A DNA stretch of 64,000 bases from Chrysomallon squamiferum (GCA_012295275.1 CM022679.1:29078001-29142000), one strand, 5' to 3'. Counted from the stretch's first letter, positions 30,594 through 44,780 are shown. Program-made: numbers and translations. Notes: generated from the sequence alone by a model not told the origin.

Positions 30594-30870
30594 TTAATAA
30601 AAATTAAAAAAATGAAAGGAAGAAAGAAGAAAAACAAGAAAGAATGCTAACGATACAAGAGCTATGCGGATATTGCGAGACAGAACTATTTATATGCAAA
30701 TCTTACGTACGATTCTTTTTAAATCGCCTTGCACTCGCTCGTCTCCCATACATCAAACGAAACTTAACTTGACGATCGTCAGGAAATGTCTCGCGTTAGG
30801 CTCGGAGTTTTGTTCGCTCAAACTCATAATGCGGCCGTTTCTCAGAATTTTATTCACAGCGGAAGCTTCT

Positions 30871-30985
30871 TGACGTGCGAAATCGAATGCGCATGACTGT
30901 GACGCACTTAAAGCCAGTCCACTGAACCTCTGCGTCCAGTCATCAAACTGAACAACTTGAGCGGTAAATAGCCGGATTAAAAAGT
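30871..30985 (+). promoter_or_regulatory. candidate core promoter and short non-coding first exon of the SAMD11-like gene
   Basis: TGACGT (30871), TGCGCATG (30888), TATA-like CTTAAAG (30907-30913), Inr-like CCAGTC with A at 30938 (~30 nt downstream), then donor GTAAGT at 30986. Confidence 0.4.
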
Positions 30986-31595
30986 GTAAGTGTGAACCTA
31001 ATCTAATTTTTATGGTTATAATTATAGCTTCACAAGATCCCGGAGCCTTTATTTTTTTAAAATTTTAATTTTTATTTTTTACTTAAATGGGATGTTACAC
31101 AGAGACCCCAATAAAATGAACACACAAATGAAACTACTTATTTCTTGCTCAACAAAAAAATCCCCCAAAAACACACGCATACACTCACTCACGTACACGT
31201 CAACCGCAGTGAAAATGGCCGTGGCGCAGTGCAAACTGGGATAGCTCACACAAACTGCTAACGTCGGTGACAAAACCTATTGAAATTACTAACGAATACA
31301 GTTACTGATATATGTATCTCTGAACAACGTTGGTGCTACATGAGCGTAGTCGATGCGACTATTTCAGGACGACTGAATCGAGGTTTATCTTTGCGAGGAG
31401 GGCTGTGTAAACAAAACGGTGTCAAACGGTGCGCTGAGCCCAGTGGAGTGTCACGATTGAGTTTGTAGGTGATCTATACCTGGATACACCAACAAACACA
31501 CTGGACCACCTCGAATAGCTGCAAACACCAGCCTGTGCTGCTGCTATTTATAGACACCACCAGAATTAATTCTACTTTATTAATGCAAAAAATGT

Positions 31596-32920
31596 GTAAA
31601 CCTCTGTATAACTGTGTAATGCAAACCTCTGTATAACTGTGTAATGCAAACCTCTGTATAACTGTGTAATGCAAACCTCTGTATAACTGTGTAATGTAAA
31701 CCTCTGTATAACTGTGTAATGCAAACCTCTGTATAACTGTGTAATGCGAACCTCTGTATAACTGTGTAATGCAAACCTCTGTATAACTGTGTAATATAAA
31801 CCTCGGTATAACTGTGTAATATAAACCTCGGTATAACTGTGTAATGTAAACATCTGTGTAACTGTGTAATGTAAACCTCTGTGTAACTGCGGAGTGCAAA
31901 CCTCTGTATAACTGTGTAATGTAAACCTCTGTGTAACTGTGTAATGTAAACCTCTGTGTAACTGTGTAATGTAAACCTCTGTATAACTGTGTAATGTAAA
32001 CCTCTGTATAACTGTGTAATGTAAACCTCTGTGTAACTGTGTAATGTAAACCTCTGTGTAACTGTGTAATGTAAACCTCTGTGTAACTGCGGAGTGCAAA
32101 CCTCTGTGTAACTGTGTAATGTAAACCTCTGTGTAACTGCGGAGGGCAAACCTCTGTATAACTGTGTAATGTAAACTTCTGTATAACAGTGTAGTGTAAA
32201 CCTCTGTATAACTGTATAATATATAAACCTCTGTATAACTGTATAGTGTAAACCTCTGTATAACTGTGTAATGTAAACTTCTGTATAACTGTATAGTGTA
32301 AACCTCTGTATAACTGTGTAATGTAAACTTCTATATAACTGTGTAATGTAAACTTCTGTATAACTGTGTAATGTAAACTTCTGTATAACAGTGTAATGTA
32401 AACCTCTGTATAACTGTGTAATGTAAACCTCTGTATAACTGTGTAATGTAAACCTCTGTATAACTGTGTAATGTAAACCTCTGTATAACTGTGTAATGTA
32501 AACTTCTGTATAACTGTGTAATGTAAACCTCTGTATAACTGTGTAATGTAAACCTCTGTATAACTGTGTAATGTAAACCTCTGTGTAACTGTGTAATGTA
32601 AACCTCTGTGTAACTGCGGAGTGCAAACCTCTGTATAACTGTATAATGTAAACTTCTGTATAACTGTATAATATAAACCTCTGTATAACTGTGTAATGCA
32701 AACCTCTGTATAACTGTGTAATGTAAACTTCTGTATAACTGTGTAGTGTAAACCTCTGTATAACTGTATAATATAAACCTCTGTGTAACTGTATAATATA
32801 AACCTCTGTGTAACTGTATAATATAAACCTCTGTATAACTGTGTAATATAAACCTCTTTATAACTGTATAGTGTAAACTTGTGTATAACTGTATAGTGCA
32901 AACTTATGTAAAACTGTACA
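31596..32920. repeat. 25 bp minisatellite, ~53 copies (GTAAACCTCTGTATAACTGTGTAAT)
   Basis: Contiguous 25-nt units with point variants and no spacers; the 25-aa periodicity in the minus-strand ORFs equals 3 units. Confidence 0.97.
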
Positions 32921-34140
32921 GTTTATTTATCATGGTTTTTTTCAAAGCTGCTAAACATAACCGCGGTATTAACTGCGCTTTCTACAAGTCGTTAACTTCA
33001 CAGTGAGTAAAACAGATCGTGTCGTTTACAGTCTTTGCCTGCGCTGTTTAGTGTGTGTGAATGTGTGCTTACTGCGTCGTTCTGAATAATGATACCAGTG
33101 AGGATATTGCGAAAACGTTGACGTGTGTGAAGGGCCTAGCCTTTCTCGTGTCGGGTTTCATATATGTACCGAATTCAGTCACAACAGACAGACAGACAAA
33201 CACACAGAGAGAGAGAGAGACATTAAATAAAGGAGCTTTGTGTTGCAGTCATGATTTGCACTGACTGGTCAGTGAAGGAGAGGATGTTTACTTCGCGAAA
33301 AATACCCTGATTGTAAATTATGAAATGTGTCTGTTTGTCTGTGTTGCTGTGTGTGTGTGTGTGTGTGTGTGTGTGGAATAAATGGTTACTTCGTAAGAGA
33401 TTAGTTTTGTCCTGCGAAGGTTAGAATGATCGAATGTAGCGAGGCTGTGCCGATTTGCATTTGCAGTTCTACTGAGCAGGGTATAAAATAAACTAGTTCT
33501 GTAATAACAATAATTTAATTTAATAAAAACTGTTTTCAAAATGGACTTTTAAGATCTGAAGCAGCAATTTAGCACTAAAGGACAGTATAGGTGTATATTT
33601 CCTTTCGAGAAATATATATATATATATATCTATCTATGTATGTGTGTGTGTGTGTGTGTGTGTGTATAAAATATAGATAGATAGATAGACAGATAGATAG
33701 ATATATACACACATACACACATACATACATATATACATACATACACGTATATGTATGTATTTTTATATAGTAAAACTTATAAAATGTTCCACTTCATAAT
33801 TACTGAGAACATTTTGTTCAGAAACGGAAGTAAAAAGGTTATTAAAATGATGTAATCTAAAATAATGAGTTACAATGGGACCCGAGATACTTAAAACTAC
33901 AAAACCTCTTATATCCTCCATTTAAAAAAAAAAAAAAAAACCTATTTTTAGTCTGAGAATGTTACCAGTTTTAGGGTCATAAGATATTAATGTCACCGAA
34001 TAACTGCTTGTTTATTGCACTTTGTGAAACGTAAGTGTAATGTGTTCTCTCTCGAAACCACGAAACCCGTCGTTTCGGGAAAACTCGAGTGTCTGCGAGT
34101 AAACAGTGAGCAGACGAGAAGGTCAGGCGGCCGGCCATAC

Positions 34141-34285
34141 GCAAGACGAATCGCTGGTGGTTAAAAACCAAACAAGTCCTAATATTCGTCGAAGCGTCAG
34201 ACGAACCGCTTGTGGCTAAAGACTAAAAACGAGAGAGACTGCGAGTTCGCCCATGCGTCAGACGAACCGCCGATTGCTACAGGCG
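34141..34285. repeat. degenerate ~60 bp tandem repeat (3 copies) with core AGACGAAYCGC
   Basis: GCAAGACGAATCGCTGGTGGTTAAA / GCGTCAGACGAACCGCTTGTGGCTAAA / GCGTCAGACGAACCGCCGATTGCTAC. Confidence 0.7.
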
Positions 34286-36493
34286 TACACATTTGTGTTT
34301 TGTGTGTTTTTTTTTCTTTTCTCTTTTCTTAGATAAAAACATTTCGTTTGGGGGCGTCTTTCGTTTCTAAGCCACGTCACGTTCTGTCGCTTTATTTTCC
34401 CGTCAGGCTAGCGAGCAGTAGTCTTAGTTCTATTCTTCGTCTCCTCCTTCTTTCTTCTTCTTTTCTTTTCTTTTTTGTTTTCTTTTATTTTGTTTGTAAT
34501 TTTTTTTTTTTTTTTTTTTTTATTCCCTTCAGTGTCGTTGTCCCGTGACGCGGAGCTCGGTGTTACAGCAGCGTCATTGTCAACGTCTCGTCCGACGGAT
34601 CAGGATTTCGTTTACTCTGATCTCCCGAACGAGCGAAATGGCTAAACCAACAAAGGACAAGCGCTCGGGAAATTGATAGTCTTTATGCTGACCTTCGCCC
34701 TCGCCTTTAAAGCAAGGCAGACACTGGGCCGCAGCGAGCGAGAGAGATAATACACAACGGGGAAAGGGAGAGGAATGCTTCAGAATTCCTCACAAAACGG
34801 GTCAGTTTTTCCACCGCCGCGGCGCTTACGCTGGAGCGATTTACATAAATTAGAATGACGGCCCCGCACCTTGCCTGACACATGACACGTGAACGCCGAC
34901 AAAACTAATATCCGTCCCCGCTGGTAGTTTCAACAACATGACGTCGCCGCGTGCTGCCTTTCTCAGAAGCGATGCCTCGACTTCCATTATGGCCTCCGAG
35001 AACGCAGCACAAAGCGCGCGAGGTTTAGCGCTGCCTGCCTAACGCCGCCACCACCATAACCACCACCACGACGGGTGTTTTTTTTATTGTTGTAAAATCC
35101 AGGCGCCACCCTACAGCAACAACAATAATCATTAATTCACCAGCATGCAAAACACTTCGGTGACCTTGGTGACGGAACAGTGGCGACGCCTGGAAGGCTG
35201 GTTGGCTGGGTTCTCGGATCGCACCCTCTGACTGACTGTTCCGCTGTTGTAATTAGCTCAGTAATCTCCCGCCCTCGGCTCACGGCTCGACGGTTCTGTC
35301 TCTACGTCACACGTCTCTCTGTACGTCTTTGCGATGTCGTGACTGCACTCACACCTTTAGTCTGCTGATGCGTCAGATCTGCTAAAACTGGTTTCTCTAA
35401 CCATCTAACATGCTAACAGCAACTTGGACCCACAGTCAGGATTCTGGATTGCTTGGTCGAAGCAGAGGTATTCTTTCGCTCCATGGTCTAGAACCGCATC
35501 TGTTATTGGTATAACAGAATGAATGAATGAATGAATGAATGAATGAATGAATAATGAATAAAAAATAAGCAAAATAAGTAGGTAAGTAAGTAAGTTAAGT
35601 AAGTAAGTAAGTAAGTAAGTAAATATGGATATCAGAACACCAAATAATATCTTGTTCTACAACATCCCAGAAAACTGCAGGAAGAAAATGTCAGAATATT
35701 TTTTTCATATTAAACTCGTCTCTTGCCCTGAAAATCTGCTGTCAATACGCCATCCTTAGACGCACTGGGACACCAAACCCTCTTTTCAGAATGCTTTTAC
35801 GATTACCATCAAGAGTTCTTTTTATTCGTGTCTCTCCATAAATATTACAGCCTTGACAAGCCATCCCGCGGCAGAAACTGAAACGAGAGTAATGACTCCA
35901 CAGTCAAACTTTCTCGTCACAAAACCGCTATCTGTTACACTTAATACCCTACATGTCTCACCGAGAGAAAAATATATTCCAATTTTTTAAAACTTTTTAA
36001 TATTTTTGTCCCTAATTTCAAGAGATATTCACGTCTGAAATCGTGCTCTGGTAAAGGTTTTATTTTTTTACTTTTTTTGGCTTAGCCATCCTCCAAAACG
36101 AGCGAACATAAAGAACTCTGACCAATTGTCTTAACGTACGACTAACCGTTGTCACTTATCTCATTCCCCAATCAGTCCCGCTAATGAATCCGTACGTCCA
36201 GATATGCAATCTGCGAGTAAAATCCGGCTAATCTGCAACTGCTGATATCTCGTGTACTCGTTAAACCACGTGATCGGAATCTCTTGGTTCTGGGATCGAA
36301 TTTCTCGCACCGACACCCATACACAGCTGAGAAGTCTGTTTTCACGTTCATTTAATGAATCCGAATACTTTGAACTGAAACCTTTGGGTTAGTACCAGTC
36401 TATAGTCATTAAAACATATCATTAATGCTCGACACAACAGATATACATTTGGATATACATATATCACGCATAATCATCACACATATTCACGCA

Positions 36494-36542
<49 letters not shown>

Positions 36543-36919
36543 GCATTTGATAAGTCATTTCTACTGGCCGGAACGGGGAAAATTAATCCTGTTCAGTTGC
36601 TCTGACCACTGAGCCAGACTGATCTGTGAACACTGAAGTAAACTGAACACAATGAATTATTTTTATAACTGCTGGCTACTAAATCTGTATCTGGCTTATT
36701 CTGAGTTACGTGGAGGCGTTAAATCATCGAGTCGTCTTTTCTAACATACTAATCGTCTAACATACTAATCGTCTAACATACTAACACTTCTTTGAGAAGA
36801 TAACCAAAACTTCTATAGTTATTCTGATGCGTGCTATTCTGTCTTTTCTGAGAAATTAAAAAGTTTTAAGTTATTTTATATGTCTGGCTGCTTCTTTAGT
36901 ATGTATACTGATTGTTTTC

Positions 36920-37010
<91 letters not shown>

Positions 37011-37327
37011 TCTTCTTCTTCTTCTTCTTCTTCTTCTTCTTCTTCATCTTCTTCTTCTTTTTCTTTTTCTTCTTCTTCTTCTTCAACTTTTTTCCTCCAC
37101 CATTAAAAAAACTTTCATCATTCTTTTCTCATTTTTATTGCCCTATACAGTTTTCCGTATCAAAATAATTCGACTCAAGATAATTTGACGAACTGCAGGG
37201 AAACTGCAAGAAATTCACCAGAGTAACTAGTTCACTAACTTAATATCCAGAACACGCTTTAGATTAAACATTACAACTTCTGTATGAGACTTAATATCTC
37301 TCAAGATCCCTTGCTGCTATTAGGAAG

Positions 37328-37363
<36 letters not shown>

Positions 37364-38981
37364 CTGTCTGTGGATTCAGCCGGTTTCCTCTCTCATGATA
37401 CCATGAAAACTCAAACTCCAAGTATTTAAAAATTAATAACCGTTGATTTTAAATGTGTTGTGTTGTTGGTACACAAATGGAGATCGCAGATCCTTCTTCA
37501 TAAATTCCGAAATACGAATCTTTTTTTTTTGGAGCGATCAGAAAACGAAATTGTGTATATTTTAGCTGGTTCAGCATATACAAACTTTATTTCAACCAGA
37601 AAATTAGTAAAATTATTTTTATTAAAATACTTGCAGCCGTATATTAAATGCAAATAGCATTTTTAGACTTTATTCTCAAGCTATTTCGTCATATTCCAAA
37701 ATCTCAAAAACCTCCTGACCCAACCACTTACGATAAGGAATCCTCATCCTCTGTTTATTCATACACTCAGTCACGTGATACAGGTAATCGGTGAGGTAAG
37801 TTATTGTTTTGCCATTCAGGTAGGTTACACGTCAAAGCGGCTTGCCATTCGATCAAGAAGTCAATCAATTTGTGCCTCAAATGGTAACACGAGTTACTTA
37901 TAAAAATTAGCTCTCTGACGTACGCCTACAGAATCTAGACACGATTTAGCCAAACAGCCAAGCCAACTGCTTAATACTTAACTGTCTCACTAACTAACAG
38001 ACCTGACAACAGTAATTAACCAAATGATAATTGGACAGCTTACAAGACAACGAGTAACATCGACCATCTTAAGAAAACAAAAAGAAAAAAAAAAAAAAAA
38101 AAAAAAAAAAAGAAAGAAACAGAGAAGAAAAAGGCAACTGGTGCTTGTTGATAGTTCTTCGTTTCGTTAGACTCGAACGTTCCGGGATCAAATCTCAACA
38201 GAGCACTCAATTTTACTATTCCGACAAAAACGGTAAAAATAACAGTAGTAGTATCTCTCTCCAACACCAACGTTTGCAATAACAATATCACTAAAAGTAA
38301 TTATAACACTAACACTAACAATAATATCTTCATAACACCAGTACTAATAATATTAATATTATCACTAACATCACCATTAACACAAATACTAACAAAAATA
38401 CTAACATCACCAGTAACACTAAAATTAATACTAAGACTAACATCACCATTAAAATTAACACTAATACTTAGACTAACAAAATACTAACACTAACAAAAAC
38501 ACTAACACTAATATTGAGATTAGATTCAACACTAAAACTAACATTTGACAAGTCCACCAAACATCCCAAGTTTTACTGAAAACTTAGGCTGGAACTGACA
38601 AAATAAAAATCCTGTTCCAGATAAGTTAATTGATAATTAACATTACACGTAGAATAACTCCTTAAACAAGTCCATAGAAGTACTTATTAGCAGCAAGCAA
38701 TCTTTTATGTATTTCATAATAATAATAAAAAAATAAAAAATAAAAAATAAAAATAATAGTAGTAGTAGTAGTAATAATAGTAGTAGAAGTCGTAGTAGTA
38801 GTAGTAATAGTAGTAATCATAGTAGTAGTAGTGGTGGTAATTATAAAATACAAACATATATATAAGATGTAAAATTACAGATTTCATTTGATAGTCTCTA
38901 ATTCAACGTAGATGGCGTTTTGCAGGTTTTATATTGATTGGAGATATTGGATTTTAAAATTCTCTCAACATAATTCACCAG

Positions 38982-39017
<36 letters not shown>

Positions 39018-39196
39018 TTCGGATGAATTACATAAAATTATACTGACTTGCACAAGCATGCATTATACATACAAACACAGTATATAATACAAACGCGCAC
39101 TGACATACATACATATACACAAGCACACTTTAAGAAATACACTGATAAACAAACATACTCATATGCAAACTTACACAAATTACATCCATCCACACA

Positions 39197-39238
<42 letters not shown>

Positions 39239-39898
39239 TCAACACCCATTTTTTTTTTCTTACAGCGGTCGTGCTGTGCTGTACGTTAAAACGCGCACGT
39301 TTTGCACGGTCACACTGTAACACAAAAGACGTGGCGGCGTCTAACTTGAATCCTGGATACAGCGGGCCGTCTTTATCTAATCACTCGCGCTGAACTCGAG
39401 CCGCTAGAAATTATTACTTCCGTAGCAGCCGAACGAAACTGGCCTGCATGACAAAGGGCGGACCTTCAATTGATTTAGCTCCGATCTCGGCCGAGCGTTC
39501 CTCAGCGCGGCAGCCAATAACTCCCCAAGGAAAGCCGGCGAGTCGGCGACAGCACGGCAATCATTTCGAGGAACGTGCAGTTTATTGGGTCCCTGCTAAT
39601 TATTCGCCAATCAATTCTGCAAGTTCAATCAAAAACGCCGGCAGCTTCCAAACTCGTTTTTGTTTTCGGCATTTCTCTGTCTCCAGCTTCATCTGTAAAG
39701 CTTGCAGCGCTGAAAAATGGGGTAGTAGGAGAGAAAGAAGAACGACACGCAGAGAAACGAAGAAGGAACAGAGAAGGTTTATATTTCAATGAATGTAGGA
39801 ACGGCGGATAGAAAGAAGGAGGGAAAATAACAGAAAGGATAAAGAGAAAGACTGAATAACAGCAGTACTGCTAGTTTAAGGAAGGATAGAAAGAAGGA

Positions 39899-39932
<34 letters not shown>

Positions 39933-40427
39933 CTATAAAGACTGTAAAAGGTAGTTTCAGAATTGACCAGTGTACGAAATATATTTCAATTTTTTATATT
40001 TCTAAATTATTTAATTCTCTCCACTCCTTTCTTTCTCTCTGTGTTTCTAAAACGCCCGTGTGACTACACTCGGCGCTTCCCGCTCGCAGTCGGCGGAACG
40101 ACGTCTCGAGGCGAACGGATCAGAAGATCTATTTAGATTACTTGGATTACGCCAGCTCACGAACCGCCGTGCCGTAAGGGGGCAACGGGGCTATGAGAGA
40201 GATGAGCAGATAATAGCGGCGACAGGCTTTCCTTTACGACCGCCGTCTACGAGGCAATTTATCAACTGATACGAGCTAGACGCGTCACTTGGCACGACGG
40301 GAGGCAAGTGGGCGTGGCTTTTGTCACTACTCAGCCTGTCGGAAACAGGAGATTCGGCTCTGCTGGGTAATTTTTTTTTTTTTACCCTGTTCTTTCTTTC
40401 TTTCTTTTTTCTTCTTTTTACGGAGAG

Positions 40428-40934
40428 ATGAGTAAACGTGAATCGCACGAGGAGCGCGAGCGAAGAGGCTCGGACCACCCACAGCAGATCGACTCGCGCA
40501 CAGACATGATACAAAACGCTGCTACGGAAGTCCCGTCGGTTAACGGCAAAGCCACAAGTTCAAAGGAACAGAGAAGCATGGACGGGTCGCGCGCGGATAA
40601 CACGCGCCCTGTGATGGAAGGTACCGAGGAGTTTATCAAGCCCATAGTGAAAGATGGTGAAATTATTCTCGAAGTTGAATGCGGACAAAACAAAGCTCTG
40701 CTCTACTTGTCGAAACTGTGTCAGGGAAGTAAAGGACCGTGTATTTTTTACCAAGGTTCGTGGCTCACTCCCAATGAATTTCAGTTCGTTAGTGGGCGAG
40801 AAACGGCCAAAGATTGGAAGAGATCCATTCGACATCATGGCAAAAGCCTAAAACTGTTGTTGGCGAAAGGAATACTGACTGTTCACCCGACTGTCTGTGA
40901 GTGCGAGGGATGCCGGCATAGCTCAACGACTCCG
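40428..40934 (+). CDS. SAMD11: SAMD11-like protein, coding exon 1 (SAND domain)
   Basis: LEVECGQNKALLYLSKLCQGSKGPCIFYQGSWLTPNEFQFVSGRETAKDWKRSIRHHGKSLKLLLAKGIL is a SAND domain with the KDWK signature. The following KGILTVHPTVCECEGCR resembles, from memory, the human SAMD11 segment MSKGILQVHPPICDCPGCR. Donor CCG|GTAAGT, phase 0. The start codon could lie in an upstream exon. Confidence 0.92.
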
Positions 40935-41359
40935 GTAAGTTCGAGTAAACACTGATAAATGTTTGAACGAGAGATTGGCGTGGAGTAAGCTTAGAGCCGG
41001 TAAAAAACACTGAAGTCCCTTTAACACCAGTATTAGCGATGTCTGGGTTAGTTTTATATGTAGTATTAGAGTTAGGTAGGAGATCGACATTTTAATTAGA
41101 AATTTGAATATGTATGTAAGTATCTAGGGTTATGTGTCGATGTAATTATTCGTAATATGTAAAGTAATTAAGTTTAGGGGAAAAAAAAAAAAGAATACGT
41201 TAATGATAGTGACGACATTTAAAATATTCACAAATATTTGTTTATAACTCGCGAAGAAATTATTTACAATTACACACATAAAACACATTTCTTTTATTTA
41301 TCACTTCTGATACATACATACATACATATATTTAAACATACACATGCATACATCCACAC

Positions 41360-41393
<34 letters not shown>

Positions 41394-42104
41394 TTAAAGG
41401 AACGAAGTTGATAATGACACTATATTTTATATTTATTATTTAATGTTGCAATTTTGCTTATTTCTAAATTATTTATTGTATTTTATTTATTTATTTAATC
41501 TTATTAAAAAAAAAAAGTTAAGTTTTACATTCTATTTAGAACATTTATGGCTGACATTTTATTAATACTTAGTTCTTAACCATTTATTAATTTGTAGTTT
41601 TTTGTTTTTGTTGGTTTAATCGATGACGTCATGTGAAGTGAAAGTGTCAGATTATTATTATTATTATTTAATTGATTTTTAAATTTAAATATTTTAAATA
41701 GTTTTTGTAAAATGGTATAGGTTATATTATATTATATTACTTTATATTATATTATATTATATTATATTATATTATATTATATTACGTAAATACAAAATAC
41801 AAAAACGAAAAAAAAAACGTACCCGAAACACACACATTCCAGATGCGTACATATATTTCATCTCTATGAATCTACGCACTCTGTTTTATTACGCACTGGA
41901 TATTTTTAACCATCAGCTTTGAAAACACTTTCTTTTGTAAATTCTGTCTTTGTTATTTGTTGTAATCCTGAAAGAATTCGGTTGATAACTATGAATAAAA
42001 ATTTAAAATTAAACAAATAAAAATGTAGAGACAAATAATTTAAAAAATCGAGAGAAGTATAATATTAAGTAAAAAAGGTGCACAAAGTACAAATAACATT
42101 GTTG

Positions 42105-42141
<37 letters not shown>

Positions 42142-42216
42142 TCTCTCTCTCATTTCTAATTACACTTTTTTATAACAACAATAATAATAATAGTAAATTA
42201 ATAAATTAATTAATTA

Positions 42217-42257
<41 letters not shown>

Positions 42258-44491
42258 ACAAAAAAGAGTAAATAAATAATAATTAAAAGTAAAGAACCTT
42301 TTTTTTTTCTTCTATTTTCCCAAGTTTGAAATCAGACCAAACGACAAACGATATACGAGAATGTGTGTCTGTGTGTGTGTGTGTGACATAGCGATTTGTT
42401 CATTCTGCTATCGTTTAGCATTTAACATGATTGTTTTAATCGTCCACATTATTTTTTTACTTTTCTGCATTAAACAAATCATTTGTTGTTTTTATACTCG
42501 TGTGATTACATTTGTATTATTCTACATTTGTTACCAGTATGACAAACCTAATACTGAACAGCCTGAAATGCGTAAAATTAAATCTGGCTAAACACAAATA
42601 GAAGATCCTGTTTACTACATCCTTACTCTTGTTGTTGTTGTTGTTTTGGTTCTTCTTCTTCTTCTTCGTATTATCATTTTTTTAAAAAGACGTATCTTTG
42701 TCTTAAAATTAAATAATTATATTTCTTTTCTTTTTTTACCCTTCAAACTCGAAATTGTAAAAAGAAAAAGGAAAAATTGCAGCTTTGTTAATTAATATAT
42801 GTGACAATAAGTATCTTTAAATTGTATTCTGTCAATGAATATGAAATGTGAAAAAAATAAGAAGATAGAATTAAAATGTGACACAATTCAGAATAATGTT
42901 GAATGATAATTAGCTGCTTAGATTCCGGGGTGAAAATTCTGATGGTTTTCTGTATGTGGTGGAGGAAGAGTTTTTATTTTAACTTTTTTTTTTTTTTTTT
43001 TTTTTCTCTCTCATGCTTGGCTGTTTTGCGAGACAGCATTTGGAATGGGGTGGGAGTTGTGGAGGGGGGGTGCTAACACGTGTCCTCAATCAGCGACTCG
43101 GTCTCGTGTCAAATGCCAAAAGTCGGATGTCGATTTCACTTCGCATCTGTGTTGTGGTGCGTTGATAGCAATTGTGTTTTTTTCTCCCGATTTCACAACC
43201 TTCTAAACTAGTATGCACATTTACTTCACTGACCCTACAACGAAAATTGTTGTGGGAACTTTTAACTAAACAGCTGCAGCAACAGCAACAACAGCATCAT
43301 CAGAGACAACCACACAAACACAAACACAATACGCTGAAAGTCGATTTAAAACAGCGGTCGACAATAATAACGAAAAGGTAAAGAATACATAATTACGTTG
43401 CTAAAATTTCTGACTAAACTCGAAATTACTCGCGGCCCATAATTTCGGAACTTCTGATTTACGTCATAACATTTCGAGAGATATTACGTTTCTGTGCATT
43501 ATTATATTTAAGCACGACCGTTTTCCATCAAATGTATTTTCGTTAAATTGTGTGGAAATATTCTTCGCATACTTCGTACCTATTAACGGCGCACCAATCC
43601 TTTTGGCGTAGAACGTACATAAAGTAAAACAGGAATAGCTTGCGGCGAAATTAACTTAAATTACAACACACATTGTTTCGTGGTTGTACGATGGGTATCA
43701 CTTTCAATTTTTTCACCAGTTAGAAATATTTTTTTGCGCTGTCGCTGCATTTCTGTAAACCACAGTTGTTATATTCTTAGCAAAAAAAAGTTTTAAACTA
43801 CTACTGATATAATAATTAATATATAACGAATTGACAGAGTTTATTTATTTTAGTATTTATTTTATTTTATTTTATTTTATTTTATTTTAGTATTAAAGAT
43901 GGAACTATCTCTTGTAATTTAAAAAAAAAAAAAAAAAAACAAGAAAAGAAAAATATTTAACGCTTCTTAAACATTATTTAATACTGAATAAAATATTTCC
44001 TTTCGTTCAGTCGAAAATATTGAATAAATGAATACATTTTACAGTTAACTGAAGACGCTCGTGTTTCCATGGTGCTCTTTAAGTGCAGAGATAAACTGTT
44101 GGCTGTTCTTATTGTCGTTTGACGTCACAGTTACGTCATTAGTACCTTTTAATTCGCAACTTAATTTTCGGCGCCGTGCGCGCTATTCACGGTACTATTT
44201 AGTCTCGGGTAATGAGACGGAAAATAAGCAGTGTTACGGCAGTCGCGCTAGAGGTGTGGCCTTGTGACGCAGAATCAGTGGCGTGGCAGATCAGACGTGT
44301 TTTGGCGGAAATCGACACCTGTGGGCTTGTATTCGGTTTCAGCTCCTAGTCGTCTGCTTCATGCACCCTGTCACGAAGAATCTCTGATTGCCTTACGGCG
44401 AGTCATAAAAAACACACCTGCGGCTCAGTACTCGAGGTGTTCGTCCGCTTAGCGTAAAAAGGAGTGTTTAGTTCCAGACACCGGAGAATCA

Positions 44492-44540
<49 letters not shown>

Positions 44541-44780
44541 TATAATTTTGGTTTTATATACACCATATAAAACACGAATGGTTTAATTTATTGTGAAGAC
44601 ATTGTTTCAGGTTGTCGTAAATATCCGCTCTGACAGACGTAATGAAGTGTCGTATTATTGAATTTAGTCTTATATCTCTTCTTTCTTTTTCTTTCTTTCG
44701 TTCATTTTTTTTTTCTTTTTTAAACGTTAAAGTTAAGTCCGTACATAATATACTTGTTAGGATAATATTTTTGTAAAATT

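Noticed and set aside
31474-32901. 475, 373 and 175 aa minus-strand ORFs
   Set aside because: They are translations of the 25-bp minisatellite, whose reverse unit has no stop triplet; all three frames give the same cyclic peptide
31596-32920. CRISPR-like array
   Set aside because: Units are contiguous with no unique spacers, there are no cas genes, and the context is eukaryotic
40428-40934. Assignment as DEAF1 or GMEB
   Set aside because: No MYND finger or GMEB coiled coil is seen; the C-terminal SAM and the KLCQGSKG...VHPxxCxC sequence fit SAMD11
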